A stretch of 25,289 nucleotides of DNA. Origin: Candidatus Aenigmatarchaeota archaeon. GTDB taxonomy: Archaea; EX4484-52. This document shows positions 25,191-25,289 of this stretch, piece by piece. Within the stretch, counting starts at the first letter, position 1. The number at the start of each line of letters is the position of its first letter. The notes below the pieces were generated by a model, which was not told the origin of the DNA, made no database searches, and saw nothing but the letters and a program-made list of their open reading frames with translations. The translations under genes and the position numbers were made by a program. The stretch is from positions 1 to 25,289 of the forward strand of contig JAGLPV010000034.1 in assembly GCA_023137195.1 (NCBI GenBank), given 5' to 3'.

Positions 25191-25289
25191 TCAAATCAAC
25201 CTGTTTACAACATCATAGTTGTCCTCTTTTATACCCTGTATGCATATCCCTGAAACTTTTGTTTTTTTTAGTTTTACAATCAGATTACA
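25191..25289 (-). CDS. 3' end of a gene entering from the window edge, possibly methylenetetrahydrofolate reductase (MetF)
   Basis: Open frame CNLIVKLKKTKVSGICIQGIKEDNYDVVNRLI* resembles the final helix-strand-helix of MTHFR. It lies upstream of split metE. Only 32 aa are visible. Confidence 0.4.
   Translation of the reverse strand, partial: CNLIVKLKKTKVSGICIQGIKEDNYDVVNRLI

Noticed and set aside
1-25289. The window starts and ends with GATTACA (also at 5267, 5295 and 7683): terminal repeat or circular element?
   Set aside because: It is only 7 bp. The left copy is part of a palindrome and the right copy lies inside an open reading frame, so it is chance or a window-selection artefact.

Overview
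This AT-rich window is probably archaeal. The evidence is TATA-like boxes about 20 nt upstream of many ATGs, GGTGA-type Shine-Dalgarno sites, a split MetE and a PPC-domain protein. It is dominated by amino-acid biosynthesis: bacterial-type leuB-leuC-leuD, ilvB-ilvN-ilvC, ilvD, two class IV aminotransferases, ridA, a threonine-synthase-like enzyme and a split MetE pair. It also carries an ECF transporter and a U32-family protein. No ilvA and no catalytic leuA/cimA gene is present in the window. The strongest candidate for an undescribed system is ridA plus a ThrC-like PLP enzyme fused to the LeuA/CimA subdomain II and allosteric domain. That enzyme appears to have an altered phosphate pocket and shares a symmetric bidirectional TATA box with ilvBNC, so it may be a BCAA-feedback-regulated substitute for IlvA. 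Other notable items are an unannotated Leu/Ile/Val-rich leader peptide with alternative helices upstream of leuB, and a 1.1-kb islet bounded by a 70-bp duplication of the ecfT 3' end. There are also two families of palindromic non-coding repeats, an unannotated 58-aa membrane protein, and a cyclase gene that has lost its canonical start. All calls come from reading motifs by eye; no searches were run.
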